A stretch of DNA of 64,000 bases from Candidatus Omnitrophota bacterium (lineage in GTDB: Bacteria > Omnitrophota > Gorgyraeia > JAGLLT01): assembly GCA_030632085.1 (NCBI GenBank), contig DAOVJY010000002.1:77325-141324 (forward strand), given 5' to 3'. The notes beneath the pieces are model-generated. The model was given only the letters and a program-made list of their open reading frames with translations, made no database searches and had not been told where the DNA came from. Numbering within the stretch: the first letter of the stretch is position 1; each line of letters starts with the position of its first letter. The translations under genes and the position numbers were made by a program. This document shows, piece by piece, positions 17,191 through 26,559 of this stretch.

Positions 17191-18350
17191 TGAAAAAAAT
17201 AATAGTAATATTTTTTATTTTAAGTTTAATGTTAATTTCAATAAAAGTTGTCTCGGCTCAGGACGCGGATACCATTAAAGATTTTTTAGAACAAGTTTTG
17301 CCTCCGCAGCCGGGCAGAAAGATTGTTTTAAATTCCGCGACAGGGATGTTGACTGTAACAGACACGCCTTCAAATCACAAACTGGTAAGAGAACTCCTTG
17401 GAAAGTGGGATATTGGCCCGAGGCAGATATCAATAGAAGCTAAATTTGTTGAAATTTCTGAAGGTGTTTTAAATGAGTTGGGAATTGAATGGTATGGTAC
17501 CAGAAGCGATACTCAGCATCAGGTTGGTGTTGAAAGGCGAAAAAAGAAGCATAATTTTTATGTAGGCCAAGGACCAACAAGTGGTACAGGTAACGCGCAA
17601 CTAAGACCACCGGTATACGACCAAAGTACATCTGGCGCCTCAGCGGCGACAGATTATAGATATGATTCGTCATGGCCAACACCTCCCTGGAGCGGCACTG
17701 AATGGGGCGCCCCGGCAGATCCCGCGGGTTTGGGATTGTGGGTAGGAAAATCTTACCTTTCAGGTACTGAATTGTACGCGTATTTAAGGGCCCTTGAATC
17801 TGATAATAAAGTAGCTTTATTATCAGCGCCAAGAGTTACCACCTTATCAGGTCAGATGGCTAATATAGAATTAGCAACTACACAGCCATATGCTTCGGAA
17901 GTAAACCTGACAGATACAGGCGCCAGTTCTTTTGGGCATTATCAAACATATGAAATTGAAGAGAAGAAGACGGGTATATTTCTTGAGGTTACTCCCTCTG
18001 TTGCTGAAGGGGGTAATATTGTAACTCTTGATATACATCCGGAAGTTAGTGAAGTTGTCAGAAAAGTACCTTTATCAGATAGTACTCAATTCCCCAGTTA
18101 CTTAGGATGGCCTATTGTTGATATGCGCACAACTCAGACTACGGTTGCCGTAAGAAGCGGCCAAACTATCGTTATTGGCGGCCTTATGCAGGATAGTGAA
18201 GTCATGATAGAGCGTAAGGTACCTATTTTGGGTAGTATTCCAATATTGGGTAACTTATTCAAATATAAGTATGAGGAAAAAGAAAAAACTAACTTAGTAA
18301 TATTTTTAAAAGCGACTATAATTTCCGCCGACGGCAAGGAAGTTAAATAA
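17190..18350 (+). CDS. Secretin barrel paralog B
   Basis: Own signal peptide; same N-terminal boundary as paralog A; QISIEAKFVEI, LLSAPRVTT, VPILGSIPILGNLFK. Confidence 0.9.
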   Translation: MKKIIVIFFILSLMLISIKVVSAQDADTIKDFLEQVLPPQPGRKIVLNSATGMLTVTDTPSNHKLVRELLGKWDIGPRQISIEAKFVEISEGVLNELGIEWYGTRSDTQHQVGVERRKKKHNFYVGQGPTSGTGNAQLRPPVYDQSTSGASAATDYRYDSSWPTPPWSGTEWGAPADPAGLGLWVGKSYLSGTELYAYLRALESDNKVALLSAPRVTTLSGQMANIELATTQPYASEVNLTDTGASSFGHYQTYEIEEKKTGIFLEVTPSVAEGGNIVTLDIHPEVSEVVRKVPLSDSTQFPSYLGWPIVDMRTTQTTVAVRSGQTIVIGGLMQDSEVMIERKVPILGSIPILGNLFKYKYEEKEKTNLVIFLKATIISADGKEVK

Positions 18351-18661
18351 TGAAAAAAAAGTGCTTGAAGTTTTTAATTTGCTTGTTAATTGTTCATATA
18401 ATTAGCTTTGCGGGAATAGCTGAAAAGGCCGCGGCCGCTGAGGACAACAGCAAAATTAAACTTACAACGTGTGACTTGCATAAGCCTTATATTATTAGAG
18501 GCCTTGTTCATGTAAGAACGGGGCAACCTGACCTTAATAAAATTGATGAAATGTTGATAAAGGAGGCCAAAAAACTTGATGCCGATTGTATTATCGGTGT
18601 CGGTTATATGGAAGCATACGGATATCTTTTTGGTTATGGTACAGCCGTTAAGGTAAAATGA
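18350..18661 (+). CDS. Small secreted YbjQ/heavy-metal-binding-domain-like protein
   Basis: Signal peptide; EAKKLDADCIIGV ... YGTAVK motif; start overlaps secretin B stop. Confidence 0.55.
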   Translation: MKKKCLKFLICLLIVHIISFAGIAEKAAAAEDNSKIKLTTCDLHKPYIIRGLVHVRTGQPDLNKIDEMLIKEAKKLDADCIIGVGYMEAYGYLFGYGTAVKVK

Positions 18662-18807
18662 TTCTGCATCGAAATAACTAACCTTTTTAAATCCCAAAAA
18701 ACTTATAAAAGTAGATATTATTTCAACCTCCCTTTTAGATAAATGTTTATATATATTGATGAACCTGAAAGCAACTGGATTAGTTATATAAAGGAGAATT
18801 ATTAATC

Positions 18808-19623
18808 TTGCGGTTTGCTAAAGTAAAGTTAATCATTTTTATTATTTTCCTTTTATTATTTTCAAATTTCAATCTTTGTTATGCTAATGATCATCAAAAA
18901 ATAAGAAAAAATTTACCGCAAGCGCTTCAAAGGATGCACTTTATCATTTATCACAATGACAAGTCTTGCGCTAATAAAGTCAGCTGGAAAGCCGAGTATA
19001 GCTATAAAAGAATAATTAGGCATTTTGGTATAGATGGTTTTCGGCCATGGGAAAAGAAAAATAAGTGCCATATATATTTATTTGAAAACAGGGATGATTA
19101 CATAAGGTTATCGGGAGCTCCTTCGTGGTCAGGTGGTTGCGCGATGGATAATCCTCCGAGATTGTTTATATATAAAGGCGCGCCAAAGCTTATCGAAAAC
19201 ACACTGCCCCATGAAATTACTCATTTGATATTTCATTTATTGATTCCCGGAAAAAGAATACCTTTATGGTTAGATGAAGGCATGGCTCAATATGAAGAGA
19301 AAGACTGGGATACCGGGTATATTAAGGGATATTTAAAAAAACATATTAATGAGGGGATATATATTCACTTTGATGAACTCTTTTCTTTAAAAAATTACCC
19401 AAACGATCAGGAGAAATTAAGTCTTTTTTACGCGGAATCAGCCAGCATTATTGATTACCTCAGGAAGCAGCAAATCGCTTCTTTATATGGAGATTTTATT
19501 TTAAAAATAAGGAACGGAAAAAGTGTCGACCGGGCACTTAAAGAAACATATCACCCAAAGTTTAAAAATGGTATTGTTGATTTAGAAAAATATTGGCTTA
19601 AATATGTCAAAACCAGATACTAA
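18808..19623 (+). CDS. Secreted peptidase MA-like (gluzincin) metalloprotease
   Basis: Signal peptide; HEITH then PLWLDEGMAQY; FYAES. Confidence 0.8.
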   Translation: MRFAKVKLIIFIIFLLLFSNFNLCYANDHQKIRKNLPQALQRMHFIIYHNDKSCANKVSWKAEYSYKRIIRHFGIDGFRPWEKKNKCHIYLFENRDDYIRLSGAPSWSGGCAMDNPPRLFIYKGAPKLIENTLPHEITHLIFHLLIPGKRIPLWLDEGMAQYEEKDWDTGYIKGYLKKHINEGIYIHFDELFSLKNYPNDQEKLSLFYAESASIIDYLRKQQIASLYGDFILKIRNGKSVDRALKETYHPKFKNGIVDLEKYWLKYVKTRY

Positions 19624-22297
19624 AATACATAAGAAAAAAGCTTTTCTAATAGATGGATCATCTTTTTGTTATAGAGCGTATTACGCTATTAAAGCCCTAA
19701 GCAATTCAAGCGGAAGGCCTACTAACGCGATTTATGGTTTTATAATGATGCTTAATAAGATTATCGAAAAGGAGAAGCCTGATTATCTGGCTGTAGCTTT
19801 TGATGTAAAAGCGCCTACCTTCAGACATAAGCAATATGAAGCTTATAAAGCTCATAGGCCTCCAATGCCGGATGAATTAAGTAGTCAGTTGCCGATTATA
19901 AAAGATGTCATGGATGGTTATGGTATACCTATTTATGAATTGGCCGGTTATGAGGGCGAGGATATTATTGCCACAATTACCGAGAAGCTTAAAATGAGTA
20001 ATATAAATGTATTTATTGCCACCGGTGATAAAGACATTATGCAATTAGTTGATGATGAGGTTAAAGTTTATAATACAAATAAAGACGGCCAGATTTTTGA
20101 TATAGCTAAAGTTAAAGAGAGGTTTGGGGTAGAACCAAAAAGAGTAGTTGATATAATGGCGCTTACAGGTGATAAAGTTGATAACGTGCCGGGAGTGCCG
20201 GGGATAGGCCCTAAGACGGCCCTAAATTTAATTAGCAAATATTCATCGGTCGACAATCTTATTAAAAATGCCGATAAGATTAAAAATAAGCGCATCTCAG
20301 AATTAATCATTAAACATAAAGATGATGCTCTATTATCAAGAGAACTAGTTACGATAAACAAAGAAGCTCCACTAAAGATTAAAGTGGAAGATTTAGAAAT
20401 AAAAAAACCGGATTCAAATAAGCTCTTTGAAATATATAAAGAACTGGAGTTCAGAAACCTTTTAAAAATTTTCGCGCCGGAAGTTAAAATTGAGGCCAAG
20501 TATACGATACTTAAAGGACGAAAAGATTTAGAGAAATTAATTATCCAATTAAAGAAACAAAAAATGCTTTCTTTTGATTTTGAAACCAACAGCCCCAATC
20601 CTCATAAGGCGGTGCCTGTGGGAATAGCTTTTAGTTATAAAGAAAATAACGCCTGTTATCTTCCTTTAGTAAGCGGGGATTATATGCCTCAAGGCGGAGT
20701 TAAGATAGAAGATGCCATGAGTTCATTAAAGAATATTTTAGAAGATGAGAGCCTGAAGAAAATTGGGCAGAATATAAAATATGAATATATCATATTAAAA
20801 CGCTATGGTATTAAGCTGGCGGGTATCTATTTTGATACTATGGTAGCTTCGTATGTACTTAACCCCTCCAAGGCTAACCATAATTTAGATGATATCAGCT
20901 TGGAATATCTAGGCCATAAAATGACTTCATATGCTGAATTAGTGAAAAAAGATAAAAAGAAAGAAAACTCCATAACGGAAGTACCTCTTAAGGAGTTGGC
21001 CGACTATGCTTGCGAAGATGCTGATATTACTTATAGGCTTCATAAGGTACTTGAAGATAAACTTAGGAAAATGAGTCTCTGGAAGTTATGCGAAGAAATC
21101 GAGATGCCTCTGATTGAAGTCTTAGCCTCTATGGAAATGAATGGAGTTTCTGTTGATGAGAAGAAGTTGAAAGAGCTTTCAAAAGATATATCCGCGTCAA
21201 TAGTAGAAATTAAAACTAAAATAATTGAGATTGCCGGAATTGAATTCAATTTAAATTCACCCAAACAATTAAGCGAAATCCTTTTTACTAAACTTAAATT
21301 ACCAGTTATCAAAAAGACAAAAACAGGCTCTTCTACAGACGTTGAAGTTTTAAAAAGATTATCAGACGAACATGAATTACCGGGGATGATATTAAAATAC
21401 AGGGAATTAGCTAAAATTAAATCAACATATACCGATGCTTTATGCAACTTGAAAGATCCAAAGACGGGGAAAATACATACTTCTTTTAATCAGACAGTAA
21501 CCCAAACAGGCCGCCTGAGTTCTTCAAGCCCGAATTTACAGAATATTCCGATTAGGAGTGATTTAGGCAAGAGGATAAGAGAAGCGTTTATTCCGTCAGA
21601 AAAAAAATATTTATTTCTTTCAGCTGATTATTCACAAATTGAATTAAGAGTCTTAGCTTATTTATCGCATGATGATGCCCTAAAGAAAGCATTTAAAGAT
21701 AATTTGGATATCCACTCATATACAGCAAGTTTAGTATATGATGTAGATTTAAAGGACGTAACGCCTAAAATGAGAAGCATAGCTAAAACGGTGAATTTTT
21801 CTGTTATATATGGGGTAAGCGCTTTTGGTTTATCAAGGGATTTGCATATTGATATTAAAGAAGCTAAAGAATTTATAGATAATTATTTTAAGAGATATCC
21901 TCAGGTAAAAGTGTATATTGATAAGATGATTGTGGAAGCCGCGGAGAAAGGTTACGTTAAAACACTTTTTGGCAGAAGGCGTTATATTCCTCAGATAAAG
22001 AGTAGTAATATCCAACAGGTAAATTTTGGAAAGAGGATAGCCATCAATATGCCGGTACAGGGAACAGCCAGCGATTTGATAAAGATAGCTATGATTAATA
22101 TTTATCGTAAGCTTATTGATGAAAAGATAAAATCTAAGATGATTTTGCAAATTCATGATGAATTAATTTTTGAAGTATATGACAGCGAGATAGAGAAACT
22201 GAAGAAAATTGTAAAAGACGAAATGGAAAACGTAGTTGAATTAGGTGTTCCAATTCTGGTAGATATAAAAACAGGTAGAAATTGGGCCGAGTGTTAG
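19604..22297 (+). CDS. polA: DNA polymerase I
   Basis: LIDGSS 5'-exo, SFDFET 3'-exo, ADYSQIELR, AKTVNF, LQIHDEL. Confidence 0.98.
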   Translation: MSKPDTKIHKKKAFLIDGSSFCYRAYYAIKALSNSSGRPTNAIYGFIMMLNKIIEKEKPDYLAVAFDVKAPTFRHKQYEAYKAHRPPMPDELSSQLPIIKDVMDGYGIPIYELAGYEGEDIIATITEKLKMSNINVFIATGDKDIMQLVDDEVKVYNTNKDGQIFDIAKVKERFGVEPKRVVDIMALTGDKVDNVPGVPGIGPKTALNLISKYSSVDNLIKNADKIKNKRISELIIKHKDDALLSRELVTINKEAPLKIKVEDLEIKKPDSNKLFEIYKELEFRNLLKIFAPEVKIEAKYTILKGRKDLEKLIIQLKKQKMLSFDFETNSPNPHKAVPVGIAFSYKENNACYLPLVSGDYMPQGGVKIEDAMSSLKNILEDESLKKIGQNIKYEYIILKRYGIKLAGIYFDTMVASYVLNPSKANHNLDDISLEYLGHKMTSYAELVKKDKKKENSITEVPLKELADYACEDADITYRLHKVLEDKLRKMSLWKLCEEIEMPLIEVLASMEMNGVSVDEKKLKELSKDISASIVEIKTKIIEIAGIEFNLNSPKQLSEILFTKLKLPVIKKTKTGSSTDVEVLKRLSDEHELPGMILKYRELAKIKSTYTDALCNLKDPKTGKIHTSFNQTVTQTGRLSSSSPNLQNIPIRSDLGKRIREAFIPSEKKYLFLSADYSQIELRVLAYLSHDDALKKAFKDNLDIHSYTASLVYDVDLKDVTPKMRSIAKTVNFSVIYGVSAFGLSRDLHIDIKEAKEFIDNYFKRYPQVKVYIDKMIVEAAEKGYVKTLFGRRRYIPQIKSSNIQQVNFGKRIAINMPVQGTASDLIKIAMINIYRKLIDEKIKSKMILQIHDELIFEVYDSEIEKLKKIVKDEMENVVELGVPILVDIKTGRNWAEC

Positions 22298-22305
22298 AGG
22301 GTGAT

Positions 22306-22899
22306 ATGAAAATTATAGGTATTACGGGTAGTTTTAAAACCGGCAAGACAACGGTTTTGAATATTTTTAAAGATTTAGGTGTTGAGATTATCGACGCTGA
22401 TAAAGTAGCGCATAAACAATTCACCAGCGAAGAAGTTATCGCGGCAATAAGAAATCATTTTCAAGATTCAGCTGAAGTTGTAGAAGGAAATATTATCAAT
22501 AGAAGCAAGTTAGCGCAGATTGTATTTAATAACCAAAGTGAGCTTAAATGGTTAAATAATTTAATTCATCCCTTGGTAGCTAAGGATATTGAAAATTCAT
22601 TGAAAGAAATAAAAAAAAGAAATCCCGAAACTCTGGTGGCAATTGAAATACCGCTTCTTTATGAAGCCGGTATGACATATTTGGTTGATAAAATTGTTGT
22701 TGTTTCGGTTGACCGGCAGACACAGTTGAGAAGAGCTCTGAAAGAGGGGTTTTCCCGTGAAAACGCGCTAAGGAGAATAGAATCTCAATTTGATATCTTA
22801 AAAAAGGAGGAACGCGGAGATTTTGTTATTGATAATAAGAGTAGTTTAGAAAATACCGGAAATCAGGTAGAAAAAATATGGAAAAAAATAAAGGAGTAA
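22306..22899 (+). CDS. coaE: Dephospho-CoA kinase
   Basis: IGITGSFKTGKT, IDAD, LIHPLV, EIPLLYE; ATG after GAGGG. Confidence 0.95.
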   Translation: MKIIGITGSFKTGKTTVLNIFKDLGVEIIDADKVAHKQFTSEEVIAAIRNHFQDSAEVVEGNIINRSKLAQIVFNNQSELKWLNNLIHPLVAKDIENSLKEIKKRNPETLVAIEIPLLYEAGMTYLVDKIVVVSVDRQTQLRRALKEGFSRENALRRIESQFDILKKEERGDFVIDNKSSLENTGNQVEKIWKKIKE

Positions 22900-22902
22900 A
22901 AC

Positions 22903-24192
22903 ATGGTGACAAAGCAAGTAGGTAATCAAGAACATGAAGTTGATATTGAAAAATTAAAGAAAATGAAGATGACCGAACTAGCTAAATTAGCGCATGAGTT
23001 AAGTATTAACGGGGCTAGCAATCTTAAAAAGCAGGAGTTGATTTATAATGTATTGCGGGCTACCGCCGAAAAAGCGGGTAATATGTTTGGCGAGGGGGTT
23101 TTAGAGGTTCTGCCTGATGGTTTCGGTTTTTTAAGATCACCGAATTATAATTATCTTCCGTGCCCGGATGATATTTATGTTTCACCTTCACAAATAAAGA
23201 AGTTTTCTTTAAAGACCGGTGATGTTGTCAGTGGTCAAATACGTCCGCCAAAAGAAGGAGAAAAGTACTTTGCTCTTTTGAGAGTGGTAGCGGTTGATTT
23301 TGAGGCACCTGAAAAGTCTAAAGATAAAATTCTTTTTGATAATCTTACCCCTCTCTATCCGGAAGAACGCTTTATTTTAGAGACAGGCCCGGAAGAGATA
23401 TCCATGAGGATTATGGATATGCTTACTCCTGTAGGAAAGGGCCAGAGGGGTTTAATTGTAGCTCCTCCTTATAGCGGGAAAACCGTCTTGATGCAGAAAT
23501 TTGCCAATAGTATATCCCAGAATTATCCTGAAGCGGTTATGATAGTGCTGCTAATTGATGAAAGGCCCGAAGAGGTAACTGATATGCAGAGGTCGGTCAA
23601 GGGTGAAGTTATAAGTTCAACCTTTGATGAACCGCCTGCCAGGCATGTACAGGTGGCTGAAATGGTTTTAGAGAAGGCAAAAAGATTAGTTGAAAGAAGA
23701 AAGGATGTTGTGATATTATTAGACAGTGTAACTCGTCTGGCTAGAGCGTATAACTCGGTTGTACCTCACTCGGGAAGGATTCTTTCCGGGGGAGTTGATG
23801 CCGCTTCCATTGAAAAGCCAAAAAGATTTTTTGGGGCAGCCAGGAACATTGAAGAGGGCGGCAGTTTGACTATAATAGCTACAGCTTTAATTGAAACGGG
23901 CTCTCGCATGGATGATGTTATTTTTGAAGAGTTTAAAGGTACGGGTAATATGGAGTTGACTCTGGATAGGAATTTGTTTCAGAGAAGAGTTTATCCGGCA
24001 ATTGACATTAAGCGTTCTAATACAAGAAAAGAAGAGCTGCTTTATGATCCTGAAGAGATTAAGAGAATATGGATTCTGAGAAAAGCCCTTTCGGAGACCA
24101 CCAGCTTGGAAGCAATGGAGCTTCTGATTAAAAAGATACAGAAAACCAAAAGCAACGCGGAATTTTTGTTAACTTTAGATACACTTAACTAA
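22903..24192 (+). CDS. rho: Transcription termination factor Rho
   Basis: [43 protein letters not shown]. Confidence 0.98.
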   Translation: MVTKQVGNQEHEVDIEKLKKMKMTELAKLAHELSINGASNLKKQELIYNVLRATAEKAGNMFGEGVLEVLPDGFGFLRSPNYNYLPCPDDIYVSPSQIKKFSLKTGDVVSGQIRPPKEGEKYFALLRVVAVDFEAPEKSKDKILFDNLTPLYPEERFILETGPEEISMRIMDMLTPVGKGQRGLIVAPPYSGKTVLMQKFANSISQNYPEAVMIVLLIDERPEEVTDMQRSVKGEVISSTFDEPPARHVQVAEMVLEKAKRLVERRKDVVILLDSVTRLARAYNSVVPHSGRILSGGVDAASIEKPKRFFGAARNIEEGGSLTIIATALIETGSRMDDVIFEEFKGTGNMELTLDRNLFQRRVYPAIDIKRSNTRKEELLYDPEEIKRIWILRKALSETTSLEAMELLIKKIQKTKSNAEFLLTLDTLN

Positions 24193-24203
24193 AAATATCC
24201 CTT

Positions 24204-24447
24204 GCTTAAACAAAGGTAAATTCTTTACAACAATTTACCTTTAAGCTTCGGAGTTAATTCGGGCTTATCAGTTATGTTCACACTGCGTGTTCCATAACAG
24301 ATGCCCTTAATAAAAGGAAGTTAATAGACTCCTCGCTTAAACAAAGGTAAATTCTTTACAACAATTTACCTTTAAGCTTCGGAGTTAATTCGGGCTTATC
24401 AGTTATGTTCACACGGTGTGTTCCATAGCAGATGCCCTCATTAAGGA
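24204..24447 (-). repeat. Tandem duplication (131-bp period) of the dispersed structured element
   Basis: GCTTAAACAAAGGTAAATT... starts at 24204 and 24335; each copy has an AAAGGTAAATT/AATTTACCTTT hairpin and a TTAATTC-GGGC...GCCC-TYAWTAA hairpin. Confidence 0.9.
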
Positions 24448-24454
24448 GAATAGA

Positions 24455-24658
24455 ATGAAAGATAAACTGCATCCAGGATACAAAGAAACAACGATTACAT
24501 GCGCCTGCGGCAATGTAATGCATACCCGTTCCACTAAAGAAAATATCAGAGTGGAAATTTGCAGTAAGTGCCATCCGTTTTTTACCGGTACGCAAAAGAT
24601 AATTGACTCTGCCGGACGAGTTGAGCGCTTCAATAAAAAATACAACAAGAAAAAGTAA
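24455..24658 (+). CDS. rpmE: 50S ribosomal protein L31 (zinc-binding type)
   Basis: [29 protein letters not shown]; AAGGAG RBS. Confidence 0.97.
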   Translation: MKDKLHPGYKETTITCACGNVMHTRSTKENIRVEICSKCHPFFTGTQKIIDSAGRVERFNKKYNKKK

Positions 24659-24660
24659 TT

Positions 24661-25734
24661 ATGATAAAAAAACTCCAAGAGCTCACCGGCCGCTTTGATG
24701 AGATTGAAAAGCGGATGCTGGACTCCGAGGTTATATCTGATAGCAAAAAGTATCAAGCTTTAGCTAAAGAAAGAGCTAAACTGGAAGCGGTGGTTGCCAG
24801 ATATAAAGAGTTCAAATGTAATGAAAAGGAAATTGATGAATTAAAAAAAATCCTTTCTAATAAAAAGACTGATAAAGATTTTCGTGAGCTTGCCAGGGCT
24901 GAAGTGGATATGCTTCAGAATAAAAACGGCAGCCTTAAAGGCGAGATAGAGAATCTTCTCTTGGAAAAAGAAGAAGGCTTTGATAAGAATATTATTATGG
25001 AAATCAGAGCCGGTACAGGTGGTAATGAGGCCGCCTTATTTGTTTCTGATCTTTTTAAGATGTATGCTAAGTATGCTCAAGCAAAAGATTATAAGGTTGA
25101 AATTATTGATTCTCACCAGACAGCTGAAGGTGGTTTTAAAGAGATAATTTTTTCTATTGAAGGTTCCGGAGCTTATGGAGTTTTTAGGTTTGAAAGCGGT
25201 ACACATCGAGTTCAGAGAGTTCCCGCTACGGAAACTCAGGGAAGAATTCATACTTCCGCGGCTACAGTTGTAGTTTTGTGTGAGGCCAAAGAAGTGGACT
25301 TAAAGATTGACCCTAAGGATTTAAGGATAGAAACCTATCGGTCATCCGGGGCCGGGGGGCAACACGTCAATGTAACCGATTCCGCTGTACGTATTACCCA
25401 TATGCCTAGTAATACTGTGGTAAGTTGCCAGGATGAACGTTCTCAGATAAAAAACCGGGCTAAGGCCATGAAAGTCTTAAGAGCAAAGATACTTGACAAA
25501 TTACAAAAGGACCAGAAGAAAGAAATCTCTCAAAACAGGAAATTACAAGTTGGTACAGGTGACAGGTCGCAAAAAATCAGAACTTATAATTTTCCCGACA
25601 GGCGGGTAACCGATCATAGAATTAATCTTACTTTGCATAAGTTAGAAAGTATACTTTCCGGTGAGTTGGATGAGCTTATTCACGCATTAAACTTAGAGGA
25701 TAGAAAGTTGTCCCTTAAAAATATTTCATCTTAA
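24661..25734 (+). CDS. prfA: Peptide chain release factor 1
   Basis: EIRAGTGG, RVPAT (PxT), GGQ, KIRTYN. Confidence 0.97.
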   Translation: MIKKLQELTGRFDEIEKRMLDSEVISDSKKYQALAKERAKLEAVVARYKEFKCNEKEIDELKKILSNKKTDKDFRELARAEVDMLQNKNGSLKGEIENLLLEKEEGFDKNIIMEIRAGTGGNEAALFVSDLFKMYAKYAQAKDYKVEIIDSHQTAEGGFKEIIFSIEGSGAYGVFRFESGTHRVQRVPATETQGRIHTSAATVVVLCEAKEVDLKIDPKDLRIETYRSSGAGGQHVNVTDSAVRITHMPSNTVVSCQDERSQIKNRAKAMKVLRAKILDKLQKDQKKEISQNRKLQVGTGDRSQKIRTYNFPDRRVTDHRINLTLHKLESILSGELDELIHALNLEDRKLSLKNISS

Positions 25735-25738
25735 AAAA

Positions 25739-26557
25739 ATGAATAGAAAAATTATTATTTTAATTATAGCGGCTTTTATTATAGTCGCTATTACTAACTA
25801 TAAAGTTTTTGCTAATGATGTAATCAGGCAAAATCGTTTGAGCATATTAAATAAGATGAAAAGCACTACGGAAATTGAGCAAGATAGCCGTATTTACAGA
25901 ACACAACATTTTAATGTATTTACAGATGAGAAGAGCATAGAAGCTTATAATATTAACAACACGAAAAAACTTCAAGCGTCTATGTTGCGCATTTGTTATA
26001 TATTGGAAGAGGTTTATGCCGCGTTTGAACTAATGATTGGCGAGGAAACTTATGGGAAATTTGATGTGGCCATTTTGGCACCGGAAATATATATGAAACA
26101 ATACCAAAAATCAGACGCGTATCATATATATTTTACCGGATCAAGAGTTTGGATATGCGTTCCCCATGAAGCAATGACTGACCCCTTGGGGAATTTTAAT
26201 GAAGATATCGGTAGTCTTTATTGGGTTTACATAAATATGTCTTGTTTCGCAAGATGGGGAAGTAATATGACGATGAATGACGTGGATGGATTTAGTAATT
26301 ATTTCAGAGAAGTCGGGCAGAAAACATCCAAATGGTGCAATACTCTTACCGATGAAGAGAGACAACGGATTATTAATGAGATAGATGTAAGTTATACATT
26401 TCTTTTTAAAAGTTACCCCGATATCTTTAAATCTAAAGAAGTAAATAAAGTATATATGCAATGCAGGTGGTGCCATAAAGAAATTGATGTTACCAAAATA
26501 AGAAAAGGCTCCAGGATTAAATGCCCCTATTGCAAAAAGACAATAACGGTTAAATAG
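25739..26557 (+). CDS. Hypothetical exported protein with C-terminal zinc ribbon
   Basis: N-terminal signal/TM; CRWC...CPYC at C-terminus; fills the prfA-prmC gap with tight spacing. Confidence 0.7.
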   Translation: MNRKIIILIIAAFIIVAITNYKVFANDVIRQNRLSILNKMKSTTEIEQDSRIYRTQHFNVFTDEKSIEAYNINNTKKLQASMLRICYILEEVYAAFELMIGEETYGKFDVAILAPEIYMKQYQKSDAYHIYFTGSRVWICVPHEAMTDPLGNFNEDIGSLYWVYINMSCFARWGSNMTMNDVDGFSNYFREVGQKTSKWCNTLTDEERQRIINEIDVSYTFLFKSYPDIFKSKEVNKVYMQCRWCHKEIDVTKIRKGSRIKCPYCKKTITVK

Positions 26558-26559
26558 AA

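Noticed and set aside
24204-24447. CRISPR array
   Set aside because: Only two long near-identical units, no unique spacers of regular length and no cas genes.
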